NCBI GenBank assembly: GCA_030324005.1
Contig: JARDVH010000099.1
Span: forward strand, 16,022,778-16,086,777
DNA length: 64,000 bases
Direction: 5' to 3'
DNA from: Negaprion brevirostris
Taxonomy: Eukaryota
Below the pieces are notes generated by a model. The model did not search any database. It had not been told where the DNA came from and saw nothing but the letters and a program-made list of their open reading frames with translations. Shown in pieces: positions 12,483 through 24,930 of the stretch (its first letter is position 1; each line of letters opens with the position of its first letter). Position numbers and translations under genes: made by a program.

Positions 12483-13175
12483 CCCCATACAAGTATACAT
12501 ATTAAAGAGAAAGACTGAATGCAAATAGTGCAAGGAATATGCTCAAATCAGGAAAAGAAGCTGTAACAATTCTTATTTATTTGGCTGAAAACTACATCCT
12601 GTACAAAGAGGTTGATCTACCAGTAGGCACTGCCAGCTTTGCAGGATTACCAAGACTGGCTGAAACCTGATATTTCTATCACTTAGGCACAGCTTTCAGA
12701 TGTGCCTACCTGCAGCTCCTTCAGGCTTTGGTGGAAAGACTTGGAACCTCCTCTGGGACATCCTGTCAACTGACAGCAGATGGCACAATGACCCAACAAT
12801 CAACGTGACAGTGACTGACATTCCAAAATTACAAAAACCCAAAGCTCTACTCTGATAATGACAAACAAGGAGAAAACTTTCTTAGTCCTGGTCCCTTGAT
12901 AGAAAGTGGTTAGATTGAAATCCTTAAATATTCCTTTTTCGGTGTACAATATGCAGGATATAAAGAGAAGACAAAAACATAAGGATATGGTGACTTCAAT
13001 TCCCAGTTCACCAAGATCAAAAATTTCCCATGATGAAGTCAGCGGTACAAACAAAACTGTTTCATCAAACAGCAGTTTTACCTCCAATAATAGTCAAAAG
13101 TTCAAACGGGGAGCATCATCAACTCAGGAAATATTGGATTTATTGGGTGGGAAATCAAACTGCCAAGCTAGTTTT

Positions 13176-13448
13176 ATCATAGAATCCCTATAGTACAGAA
13201 AGAGGCCATTCAGTCCATCGAGCTTGTACCCAACAACAGTCCCACCCAGGCCCTATCCCCATGATCCCCCTGACACTTAGGGTCAGTTTATCATGGATAA
13301 TCAATCAATCAAACCCGCACATCTTCAGACTGTGGGAGGAAACCAGAGCACCTGGAGGAAAACCATGCAGACACAGGGAGAATGTGCAAACTCCACACAG
13401 TCACCCGAGACCGGAATTGAATTTGGGTTCCTGGCACTGTGAGGCAGC
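13176..13448 (-). mobile_element. HE1-like V-SINE, type B tail
   Basis: catagaatccctatagtacagaaagaggccattcag tail; V-domain; reverse B box. Confidence 0.85.
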
Positions 13449-13999
13449 GTGAAACTATTGGTCACTGAATTTTCCTCCAGATATGAAAATCCTGTGGTTG
13501 CAAACACCCTAATGGAAGCTGGAGTGTGGCTTTACTCAGCAAGGTGGGGAGGCGGGGGAGTGCTTGGTAATGATCGACAACACACAATAAAGAAAATAAA
13601 TCCTACTAATCACTAGCACTTATCTTTGTAAAGCCTTTGAATAGTTTGCAGGTTTCCCCATTATGTGTGTTATATTACCATAGGTTTGCACCAACTGAGG
13701 ACTTAACCCTTGAATTCTCTCATTTATCTTGATCAATAATATCAGTAAGTAACCCAACATTATTATTGACTGTTTTTAAGTACCACCTCTAAGTTTGGCA
13801 ACTACATTAAAGTCCTACTGGACATTGTATGCTGCTGAATGATATGTGGCACAAAATAGAAAAGCAGGAGTGACTTACAGTTAAATAAGATGTAGCAGGA
13901 AATAATCCAACACCATATCCTCAAAATTTTGTCTGATAAACATATCAGGACCAGAGAGATGACTGGGGGGCAGCACAGGCAAAATCCAGAATAACATTT

Positions 14000-14250
14000 C
14001 CCTCAGTGTTGAGGAAGTGCTGTCTTTTGGACTAAACGTTAATCTAAAGACCCATGTGTCCTCTTAAGTGAAGGTAAGAGATCCCAAGATAATATTACTT
14101 ATCCCTCAACCAACACCAGCAAAACAGATTGTCTGCAAATTGGACACCATGATTCCTACATTAAACAGCAGTGACTACACTTCAACCAAGCACCCGATTG
14201 CATTCAAAGTGCTTTGAAAAATCCTGAGGCCCGGAAAGGTGCTATAAAAC
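14000..14250 (+). mobile_element. Decayed DeuSINE (SacSINE1-like) core and tail
   Basis: atccctcaaccaacacca..aaaacagatt, cagtgactacacttcaa, aaaggtgctata. Confidence 0.6.
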
Positions 14251-14952
14251 TAAATCCAAATTACTCAAAACACAGGTCCAGGGATGCAGTGAACTTTATT
14301 GGTGTGGTCTGTTGGGACATTGAATGTGGAGGGTTTTGGGGAACGGCCAGAAAATGGTGTTGAGGTCATAATCAGATGAGCCTTGATCGTACTGAATGAT
14401 GGAGCAGCCCCATGGGCCAAATGGTTCACTCCTGCTTCCAATTCTTATGATCTTATCACCCCATGAATGAAGCTTCCCACTCTGCACTTGATGCAACACA
14501 ATCAGTATAGGCACTTCTTTATCAATGTGTTTACACATTGATTTTAAAAGAGATATTTAGTGCATGGCAAACTTAAGGGAAAAATTATTTAAAAAACAAT
14601 ATTCTGCATCACACATTAGGAGTGGGTAAACAAGAGATGCTGCATGGCTTTTTGTATAGAAGATATATTCTGGACTGTTAATTAGCAATTGAATGTAACA
14701 CCAATTTTTCTGTGGGGGGACAGCAGGCCAGTTAAGATAATCCTGATAGCCTAGGGTGCTCGTGGGAGGAAATGTGAAATGGAAAAGGCAACATGTCGCT
14801 CGTGAAAGACAGAAAGCACAAACGTGTATCTCTGTAGCACCAAGTACTTCTGAAGTGTCTTATTTCGTGTTATGGTTCCAAGCTAAGGAAACCAGAAATT
14901 ACAGATAACATGACATTGCTAAATGTAGTACAGATCACTGCCTAGTGCTTAC

Positions 14953-15173
14953 CTCATGAGCATGTTTAGAGAAAGTGTCAGCACTATATAACATGGCTGC
15001 TGTTCGCTCTTCCAGTTCACTCAGTTTCTGTCCTCTTTCATCAAGTGCTATCCTGGCCCGTGCCAGCTCGCCTGCAACACCAGACGCTGCTCCTTTGACC
15101 CCTTCAATTCCACCAGTCCCTGGGATATGTTGCGCCAGGCTCCTCGAGGGTTTACCTGCTGCGGATTCACCGA
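14953..15173 (-). CDS. STXBP5: Tomosyn-1 coding exon (221 nt) encoding most of the VAMP-like R-SNARE motif
   Basis: aaaccag|TC GGT...CAT GAG|gtaagc; FGESAAGKPSRSLAQHIPGTGGIEGVKGAASGVAGELARARIALDERGQKLSELEERTAAMLYSADTFSKHAHE; zero-layer Arg codon at 15034-15036. Confidence 0.97.
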
Positions 15174-15719
15174 CTGGTTTAAAGGAAAAGTAGATTTTTA
15201 GTACAGAAGTAAAATATGACACAGGTAAGATTGGTTTCTTGAGGCGGGGGCAGGGGAGTACAAGTTTTGAAAATAATAAATGTTGAGAACTCAAAATTGT
15301 GTGAAGTCCATATCAAGTTTTTAAATGAAAATACCAGAAATAGTTTTTATTTCTGCTAAGTTGTGGCGATAGTTGGTCCACTTCCAATAAAGAATGAGCT
15401 GGAGTGAATGGCTGCCTTTCTTCTTTTCTCCAGCAGGGTTCTTTAATCCTGACTGTAGAAAACCAATGGATCATTGCAGAGTAACGTTTCAAGCTCACCT
15501 TTAGCCAACATATACAACACTATTGAATGAAACAATATACTATCAAATTCTAGACCTACACCAAGGAGATTCGATTGATACTGCCAATATAAGATGGTCA
15601 TAAGAAAGTGTAGTAGGTGTATACCATTAGGCAACTACTCTGCCATTCAGAAAAATTATGGCAGATTTTACTGTGGTGTAAACAGCACTTTTCTGCTCGT
15701 CCCCCCATAATTCCCAACT

Positions 15720-16025
15720 GGTCAAAAATCTATCTAACTCAACCTCGAATATTCTTAACGACCCAGCCTCCACTGCCTTCTGTCGAAGTGAATTCCAAAG
15801 ACCGATAACAATCAGAGAAGAAGCGACTTCTTGTCTTTAAACTGTCTCCCTTAGTTCTAGATTCCCTGATGAAACAAAACATCCTCTCAGCATCTAACTT
15901 GTCAAGCCCCCTCAAAATCTTTAAATCTTTCAAAAGATCACCTCTTATTCTTCTAAACTCCAGTGAGTATAGGCCCAATCTGCTCAACCGTTCCTCAGAA
16001 GCCAACCCCTTCATTCCAGGAATCT
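15720..16025 (-). mobile_element. CR1 LINE 3' fragment
   Basis: ORF IPGMKGLASEERLSRLGLYSLEFRRIRGDL is typical of the CR1 ORF2 C-terminus. Confidence 0.85.
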
Positions 16026-17208
16026 GCGTATTATTGGTCATTAAGACTCCAAGACTCAAACATGAAATGGCAACATTGCAATACAAATATTTCTAACCAA
16101 TAGGAACATGCCCCTCTCCTGGAAGTGCCCCCTCCAAACTATTCACCATCCTGACTAGGAAATATATTGCTGCTTCCTCATTGTTCTTGGGTTAAAATCC
16201 TCGAAATCAGTCTCTAACAGCATTGTGGGTGTAGCTGCAGCACATAGATCACACTGTTTCCCGAACGCAGCTCACTAACACCTTCTCAAGGGTGATAAAT
16301 ACTTGACTAACCGGTGATGCCCAAATACCAAGAATGTTACAAGAAACTCAAAACCTGTTTGAGATGAACTGGAATAGTCAGCATTCAGTTCCAAGTATAA
16401 AGCTAGATTTATGTAAATAGAAGTCTAATATGCAAACTAATTGAAATAATAGATGAAGAATAGAGAAAGTGCGAGTGACGAGCAACAGTGATTGATTGAA
16501 TTGCCATAAGGTGTACTAAATTTCCACAGAAGCCCAAACTATGCATAAATAATGAATGGTATAAGAAGTGGTGCTGATACGTATCCCAGGGATTGATGAT
16601 GTTCTAGATTTGAATCAGTGTTTTTTTCCAACTCCCAAGTTCTGCCCTTCACAAATTGTAACGTGTCCAAACCTACATCCTCTCATCATGTCCTTCAACT
16701 TTCATTGTTATTCTATCCTATGCAAACCCTTGCCCTCTTATGACTTTATAACCTCTCCAACCCCCTCCATTCTTGTCTTCCTGTATAGGTGCTCCATTCA
16801 TTCATAATGGCTATATTACAAAGATCTCTTACTTGCTGTGAAGGGCTTTGGAACATCATGAGATTATGAAAACATCGCCATGAATGCAACTTGTTCTCCA
16901 ACTTCTGATAAAGTTTTGGATTTTTCATTGTGTTGCTCGACCTTCAGTTACAGATCAGAGAACCTCACGCTCAAGTTGAAATCTCAAATCAGAGGGAGCG
17001 AATAAGTCACAGAGATATTGCAGTGTCTGATGGCGTTCTTTTGTTGTTTTTATGTTACAAAACTTCTGTACAACTTAGGAGCAGACATTTTGTTTACCAA
17101 CATATTTCATGCTTGCAAGTAAAGATGACACAGAGACCTTAAAAAAGCCAGCTAAGGGCACAGCTCTAAGGACCAAAGTCATCCTTGTCATTACTCCATC
17201 GTACTTAC

Positions 17209-17320
17209 AAAGCTCTTCTCTGTCCAGTGACTGGGCACCTCCACCAAACAAGCCTTTAAAAAACCCTCTGTTCGGAGCTTCTGGTGTTTCCACAGGAGTA
17301 AACAGTTCTCCTAACATTTC
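17209..17320 (-). CDS. STXBP5: Tomosyn-1 coding exon (112 nt, tail domain)
   Basis: ttttccag|GAA ATG...CTT T|gtaagt; EMLGELFTPVETPEAPNRGFFKGLFGGGAQSLDREEL. Confidence 0.97.
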
Positions 17321-17442
17321 CTGGAAAAAAGTGAAAGGTGTTTTATTCAAAATCTTTTTTTACAAAAACCGAGGGCATCCAGTTGAACAACACTGCATTG
17401 CAAACTAGTCAGTGGCCTCATGTGGTAAAAGACCCTTCAATT

Positions 17443-17647
17443 CATACTTAGAAATCCTACACTGCAGAAGGCCATTCAGCCCATCGAATAACAATCTCAC
17501 CTACGCCCAATCCTTGTAAGCCCAAATATTTACCCTGCTAATCCCTCTAACCTATGCATCTGGGGACACTAAGGGGCAATTTGACATGACCAATGCACCT
17601 AACCTGCACATTTTGGACTGTGGGAGAAACCCACGCAGACACAGGGT
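17443..17647 (-). mobile_element. 5'-truncated HE1-like V-SINE, type B tail
   Basis: tagaaatcctacactgcagaaggccattcagcccatcga tail plus partial V-domain. Confidence 0.75.
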
Positions 17648-17699
17648 TTATCCCCAGCTTTCTCTAAATGTGCTCCCCGCCAACACCTCCAAACAACTG

Positions 17700-18250
17700 T
17701 ACAAAGTTGTATTTTGAGGTGAACCGCAGCCTTTTTGCAAAGGGACTGTAGTACAAGAATAAAGAAATATTGCTTAAATTGTGTGATGCTCTGGAATAAC
17801 CACAGCTGGAATACTATGTGCAATTTTGGTCTCCATATGTAAGAAAGGATTATACTTGCACCAGAGGCAGTACAGCGAAGGTTCACTAGATTACTCCTTT
17901 GGGTGAGACGGTTGTTCTATGACGAAAGGTTAAGTAAATTGGATTGGTATTCTTTGGAGTTTAAAAGAATGAGAAGTGATCTTAGTAAAACATTCAAGAT
18001 TATGAAGAGGGTTGACACTGAAATTTTCCTCTGGCTGAATCTAGAACAAAAGGGCACAGTTTCAGGATACAGGGCTGATCTTCAAACTGACTGAAAAGAA
18101 ATGTCTTCATTCAAAGTGAATCTTTGGAATTCTCTACGCAAGAGGATTGTGGATTTGGTATCAAGCAGGTAGCAAAGTGAAGTTGAAACCCATGGTCATA
18201 TTGCACTCAGGAGCAGGCTTGATTCTTTTGCTCCTATTTTTTCCATTCTT
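17700..18250 (+). mobile_element. CR1 LINE 3' fragment
   Basis: YDERLSKLDWYSLEFKRMRSDL; ctggaatactatgtgcaattttggtctcc. Confidence 0.8.
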
Positions 18251-18860
18251 AAATGACCAAAAGTTTGATCAGAGGTAGTTTTTAAGGAATATTGAACAGG
18301 ATTATAAAGATGCAGAGAGGTGGGGAGATTTGGAGAATGAATTCCAAGATCTTAGCATCCAGGCAGTTGAAGGTACAATGATGGGATGAAGTAAATCAGA
18401 GATGCACAAGGGGCTATGGATGGAGATTTGTAAGACAAAAATGTGCAGAGCTGACCGCTGCTTGCCAAATGAAGGATTTTTCAGCAATGAATTGGTACAT
18501 GCTGGATTGTCAGTTGACTACTGGCATCAGTCACAAAGAGCCTCTGTTTTTTGAAATGTTTCTCCTCATTTTAGTGCCTTATCAGATTCTGTTGCTTCAG
18601 GCCAACATACAAGAGAAAACAGCAACAAATATAATCAAACTGATCTGTGATCCTGGAACAAGGCAACAGAGTAGGGTGATTATACCACCTGCATAACGCA
18701 TGTCACAGTAACGCCTTCTGTGTCAAGTATGTTTCAGATCTACTTTGATATAGATGACATGTAAATAAGGAAACATCAATGAGAACAGGTGCTCTAAAGG
18801 TTAGCTTCTGCAGTGCCATTTTCACTGTGTGGAAATACAACAAACTCCAATGATGCTCAC

Positions 18861-19026
18861 CTGTAAATTCTCACATGTTCCTTGACTGTAAGTGATGCGC
18901 TGGATCTCAGTAGGGGAAACCAGGTACAGAGCCTGCCCGTTGTTGGTGAAACAAAAAGTACGAGCTATTCGCATGTCCGTCAGTGGCAAATAATTGACAT
19001 CTAGTAGTGGCCTAAGGCTTGGCAAG
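18861..19026 (-). CDS. STXBP5: Tomosyn-1 coding exon (166 nt)
   Basis: ttttgaag|C TTG CCA...TTA CAG|gtgagc; LPSLRPLLDVNYLPLTDMRIARTFCFTNNGQALYLVSPTEIQRITYSQGTCENLQ. Confidence 0.97.
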
Positions 19027-19214
19027 CTTCAAAACAAAATCAGAATATGATTAAAATATGTATTCTATTATATTTTGCTTAATATTACATATCACCTGTT
19101 GCAGATACACAAACTGTATACGAATCATTGGTTACAGACACATTGGTACGAGATACATGTTCCCTCTCCTAGCTATCTCATATACACTGTTCTATTAAAA
19201 CACCTTTCTACTGG

Positions 19215-19428
19215 TATCAAATCAAAGTAAAGTAAGCAAGGTAGCCGTAGTCCAAGTCTTTTTGACCAACAGAGATGACTGGTGGTGATTTAACCCAAGG
19301 GTCACCACACCTCAGGTTAAGAAGGTTGGGCCTTCATGAATAATCTCAGCCAGTACAGGAACTGAACCCACACTGTTGNNNNNNNNNNGTTGTCACTCCA
19401 TATCATGAACCAGCCATCCAGCCAACTG
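19215..19428 (-). mobile_element. tRNA-derived SINE of a different family
   Basis: Minus strand cagttggctggatggctgg...gtgggttcagttcc (A/B boxes) with a short ttactt/tttga repeat tail. Confidence 0.55.
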
Positions 19429-19859
19429 CTACTCTCAAGACCTGTACCAGAAAGCATGCTTCTGACATGCAGAACCAGGAGGCACATAGAAGAGAACATT
19501 TGCTAAAAATGATCAAATGGCCATATATGATTAAAAAGCTTTTTTGCTTCTGGTATAGACTTTATCATTGTGATCTCAAATACAGCTTGATGAGTGACAA
19601 TCACTTAAAATACATGATTTCAAGTACAATGCTGAAGACCTTGAATGAAAAAAAATGCTAACAAAGTGCTGACTATAAAAGAACTTTGTGAGCTCTACGT
19701 AACACTCCCTCTTTACAATAGAACTGCTGTCAAAGTCACTCTGTATATCATCATTCTAGTCTTTGGAAAGACTTCCATTTTTAAACTGCACTGATGATGA
19801 ATTTGACCATTTTACAAACCTATTCAGTGCACACCCTAGAACAAATTCAATGTACATGT

Positions 19860-21550
19860 CTACAACACCTTTTGCATCCTTAGGACGTTTAGGAGTGAAT
19901 TGGGAAGCATAGATTGGACTANNNNNNNNNNNNNNNNNNGAAACATGGTTGCAGGGTGACCAAGACTGGGTGATCGATATTCCCGGGTATTCAATGGAAT
20001 ACCTGGGAAGATATTCCAAAGGGGAAAGAAGGTGTGGTATCGCTATTAATCAAGGAAGGTTTCAGAGAAGTGCTGGCATGTGACATAATAGCAGTGAATA
20101 GTGACTTGGACTCATTAAATTTCTGCATGGTACTGTACTGCACGGTACAGCCAATGCGATTCCCTTGTTCAAAAAGGGAGAAAGACAGAAGACAGGGAAC
20201 TATAGGTCAGCTAGTTTAACATCTATTATTGGTAAGATGCTGGAGTCAATAATCAAAGAGGAAATAGTTAATCATTTAGGAAAGCTGTACATAATCAAAC
20301 ATAAAAAAACCCAGAAAGTAAATCACATTTGACAAACTTGTTCAAATATTTTGAGGATGTAGTAGGGAGTGTAGATAGGGAGGAACCTGCCGATGTAGTG
20401 CATTTAGATTTTCAAAATGCACTACATCGGCATTTTGGAATAAGTTGGTCATTTCCAGAGTTGAGAAATGTACCTAGTGGAGTACTGCAGGGATCAGTTC
20501 TTGTCCTGCAATTGTTTGCTATTTATATTAATGATCCGCAGGAAGGAATAGAACGTAAGGTTTCCAAATTTGCTGATGATACGAAGATAGATGGAAGGGC
20601 AGGTTGTAACGAGGATATTGTGATTCTGCAATGGCATACAGATAGATTAGGTGACTGGGCAAAAACCTGAAAAATGGAGTTTAATATGGGGAAGTGAGGT
20701 CATGCACATTGGTAGGAGGAATCAAAAGGCAGATTATCTAAATGGAGAGAAACTGCAAGTGAGTGAAATAGAAAGGGATCTAGGTGAACCAGTACATGAA
20801 TCACAAAAAGCTAGCAAGCATGTCCAACAAGTAGTTAAGAAGGTAAATGGCATTCTGGCAAAAGGGTTGGAGTTTAAAAATGAGGAGGTTTTGTTGCAAT
20901 TGTACTGGGTAAAGNNNNNNNNNNNNNNNNNNNNNNNNNNNNNNNNNNNNNNNNNNNNNNNNNNNNNNNNNNNNNNNNNNNNNNNNNNNNNNNNNNNNNN
21001 NNNNNNNNNNNNNNTTGTTGCAATTGTACTGGGTACAGTTTTGGTTCCCTTATCTTAGAAAGGATATGGTAACATTGGAGGCAGTCCAAAGGAGATTCAC
21101 CATGCCAATTCCTAGAGTGAGAGGGTTGTCCTACCCAGAGAGACGAAAATGTCGGGTCTGTATCCCTTGGAGTTTAGAAGAGTGATGGGTGGCCTTATTC
21201 ATACATATGGCTTGATAGGACTTGACAGGGTAAATGGTGAGATGTTTTCACTAATGGGACAGTCTCAAACAAGGAGGCATAGCTACAAGATAAATGGTCA
21301 GTCATTGAAAACTGAGGTGCACAGAAATTTCTTGTAGAGGATGGCGGATCTCTGGAATTCTCTGTCCCAAAGAGTAGCGGATTATTAGCAGTGCTTAAAA
21401 TAGAGGTGGATAAATATTTGATAGATGAAGGAATAGGGGGCTATGGAGAAATAGCACAGCAAGGAATTGAGGCCTGCATAGATCAGCAATGATCGTACTG
21501 AGTGGTGGGGCAGGCTTGAAGGCTTATACCTGCTTCTGTCTCTCATGTTG
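19860..21550 (+). mobile_element. Internally deleted CR1 LINE ORF2 (endonuclease fragment, RT, 3' end)
   Basis: LTNLFKYFEDV..DVVHLDFQNA..SGVLQGSVL..IYIND..SKFADDTKI; GLYPLEFRRVMGGLI. Confidence 0.9.
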
Positions 21551-21619
21551 CTTCCTGCTATATCCCAGGAATCCCTTTGCGCTCCAGATCCTAAATCATC
21601 CCATTGTTACCAACTATAA

Positions 21620-23080
21620 AGGCTATTGCCCCTGACAGTATTCTGGCAATAGTACTGAAGACTTGTGCTCCATAGATTGCTGTGCCCTTAGCCAAGCTGT
21701 TCTAGTGCAGCTGACATCTATCCAGCAACGGGGAAAATTATCCAGGCATGTCCTGTATACATGAAACAAGACAAATCCAACCTAGCTAATTACCACTCCG
21801 GTCTACTTAAGATCCTTTGTAACGTGATGGAAAAGGTCAACAGCGCTATCAAATGGCACTTACTAACCAACAACCTGCTCACACATGCTCAGTTTGGGTT
21901 CCACCAGGGTCACTCAGCTCCTGACCTTATTACAGCCTTGGTTCAAACATGGGCAAAGAGCTGAACATCAGAGGTGAGGTGAGGATGATTGACCTTTACA
22001 TCAAGACAGCACTTGACAGAAGTATGACAATAATGAGCCCTAGCAAAACTGGAATCAATGGGAATAAGGGGGAAATCCTCTGCTGGTTGGAGCCATACTT
22101 GGCACAAAGGAAAATGATTGTNNNNNNNNNNNNNNNNNNNNNNNNNNNNNNNNNNNNNNNNNNNNNNNNNNNNNNNNNNTACTTCATCAATGACCTCATT
22201 TTCACCACAAAGTCAGAAGTGGGGGCGGCTCACTGATGACTGCACCATGTTCAGTACTCCTCAGATACTGACGCAGTCTATGGCTAATTGCAGCAAGTCC
22301 TGGACAATATCCAGGCTTCAGCTGACAAGTGACAAGTAACATTCACATCACACAACTGCTAAGCAATGATCATCTCCAACAAGAGAGAATCTAACCAATA
22401 GCAGTACCATTGCTGAATCCCCCCACTACCAACATCCTGGGGGGTTACCACTGACCAGAAACTGAACTAGACTGGCTATATAAAACTGGCTACCAGAACA
22501 GCTCAAAGGCTAGGAATCCTGCATCAAGTAACTCACTTCCTGACTCCCCAAAGCTTGTCCGTCACCTTCAAGACACAAGTCAGGAGAGTAATAGAATGCT
22601 CTCCTTTTGCCTTGAGTGCAGCTCTAACAACACTCAAGCTTGACGCCATCCAGGACAAAGCAGCTCACGTGACTGCTACTCCTTCCACAAACATTTAATC
22701 CCACCACCACTGATGAACAGTGGCAGCCTGTATACCATCTACAAGATGCACTACAAGAACTCACCAAAGATTTTAAAGCAGCACCTTTCAAACCCACAAC
22801 CACAACCATTTAGAAGGACAAGGGCAGCAATACCTGGGAACACCACCACCTGGAAGTTCCCCTCCAAGCCACCTGACTTGGAAATATGTTGCTGTTTCTT
22901 TCACTGTCACTGAGTCAAAATTCTGAAACTCCCTCCCTAACAGCACGGTGGGTATACCTGCCCTCAGGGACTGCAGGTTCAAGAAAGTAGCTCACCACCA
23001 CCTTCGAGAGCAACTAGGAATGGACAGTGAAAATGCTGGTCTAGCCAGTAATGCCCACAAACCATAAAATGAATAAAACA
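21620..23080 (+). mobile_element. Second CR1-clade LINE family, RT region to 3' end
   Basis: KQDKSNLANY..NNLLTHAQFGFHQGHSAPDLITALVQTW; actgatgac (ADD-like motif); tail ..gcaactaggaatgg..aatgaataaa. Confidence 0.85.
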
Positions 23081-23814
23081 ACATTCAAGCTGAGTTCAGA
23101 CAAGTCTCAGGACCATTCCCAATGTCCTGAGGCCGTTATTTTACAGCCAAACCACATGAAATGCACAGCAAACAATCTGATATTCCATTCTTCAGCATTA
23201 ATAATACCAGATTTTCTTCTTGTATTATTGCCACATGGCAAAACCATACCCTTGCAACCAATTCACCATTCTATCCATTGATACGATTCCAAAGGAAATA
23301 AGTAAAAGATAAAAATTAAGTACACAGATAAAGGAACATCTTTGAGGGCCAACCTTGCCATAAAGCAATTCTAGGTGATTATGTTCAGTATAATATTAAC
23401 AGATGTCTGGCAATGCTGCTTAGTAAATTAGACATATGTGCTAAGGCGTTATGTAACCTACAAGGCATCATAAGGCTAAATGCTTTATGGAATTTATGCA
23501 CTGGAACAGGGAGTTGCAATGGAAAAGCTAGCACCAGTACAGGCACAAAGTATCAGACAGGCTTGTTCTCAGCTGTAACTTCCATGAATTTTTCCTTCTG
23601 TAATGTTGAGGGTGGAGTGAGAAGGTGCATGATTTGAGACTCTGTGACACTGGAGCCACTTGTGCATGCGCTGAGGAAAAGCGACCTGTATTTATAAAAT
23701 ACCTTTTAGTCTTCAGAACATCCCAAAAAGTGTTTCACCACAGTACATTTGAAAAGCAGTTGTCTAGCCTGTTTACATGCTAAAGTTCCCCATGAACAGC
23801 AATTTAGTAAAGAT

Positions 23815-24150
23815 TTCTTTCGTGGGATGTGAGCATTGCCGACAAGGTTAGCATTTGATGCCCAAATAGCCATCCATAATTGCCCTTGAGAAGGTGGTGC
23901 TGAGCCACTTTTTGTTTTGAAACGCTGCGGTCCATTTGGACGAGGTACATCCTCAATGCTAGAAGGGAGTGACAGTGATGGAACAGTAGTAAGATTCCAA
24001 ATCAGGATGATGAGAGACTTGGGAGGGGAGCTTGCAGGTGTCTGTGTTCCCATTCACCTTTCCTTCAAGGTGTTAGAAGTTGCAGGTCTGGAAGATGCTG
24101 TCTTTGGAGGTTGGCATGTTGCTGCAGTGCATCTTGTATATGGTGCACAA
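23815..24150 (-). mobile_element. 3' end of the same CR1-clade family as 21620-23080
   Basis: Reverse of caccttctcaagggcaatta tail; further copies at about 16110-16340(+), 34860-35170(-) and 61130-61620(+). Confidence 0.7.
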
Positions 24151-24707
24151 TGCAAGTGGATACCATTCCAACAAAGTAATATATGAAAAGATAAGCAGCA
24201 TAGGCAGAGAAACCATTGCTGGTCAAAGCAGACAAGACCACATATCAATTTATAGATCAAAAGCAGCGCCTTGAGCAACGCAGCACTGATCAAGTACTTA
24301 AAGCCACAATACACTGACCGGAGGGCAAGAGTGTTACAACTGAACCAAGTTGTAAGATGTTGAAAATTTAGAGTTTTTAAACTTACACCAAACTGGTAAC
24401 AACAACCAATTCTTTCCAATNNNNNNNNNNNNNNNNNNNNNNNNNNNNNNNNNNNNNNNNNNNNNNNNNNNNNNNNNNNNNNNNNNNNNNNNNNNNNNNN
24501 NNNNNNNNNNNNNNNNNNNNNNNNNNNNNNNNNNNNNNNNNNNNNNNNNNNNNNNNNNNNNNNNNNNNNNNNNNNNNNNNNNNNNNNNNNNNNNNNNNNN
24601 NNNNNNNNNNNNNNNNNNNNNNNNNNNNNNNNNNNNNNNNNNNNNNNNNNNNNNNNNNNNNNNNNNNNNNNNNNNNNNNNNNNNNNNNNNNNNNNNNNNN
24701 NNNNNNN

Positions 24708-24930
24708 GCCTGTTTTTCTGAACATATCACTGCGTACTGGGTTTCATTTATCTCCTGAGAGGATGAGGGAGAGACAGATACAGGCCTCAGTTTCCTACAT
24801 TTATCTTTGTCATCCTTCTCCTCTGGTACATTTGGTTCTCTCCAGGGTTCATGTGCTGGGTTGATGAGGCTTCCTGTGGTGTCCAGAAATGCCATTCTCA
24901 AAATTGCCCCTTTTAGTCTCAGTATAGTCC
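24708..24930 (-). CDS. STXBP5: Tomosyn-1 coding exon, 3' part lost in N gap (24421-24707)
   Basis: ttctacag|GG ACT ATA...; GTILRLKGAILRMAFLDTTGSLINPAHEPWREPNVPEEKDDKDKCRKLRPVSVSPSSSQEINETQYAVICSEKQA then Ns; donor not visible. Confidence 0.95.

Noticed and set aside
24054-24725. Long ORFs in the track (223 aa and other X-rich ORFs)
   Set aside because: Their length comes from translating N runs.
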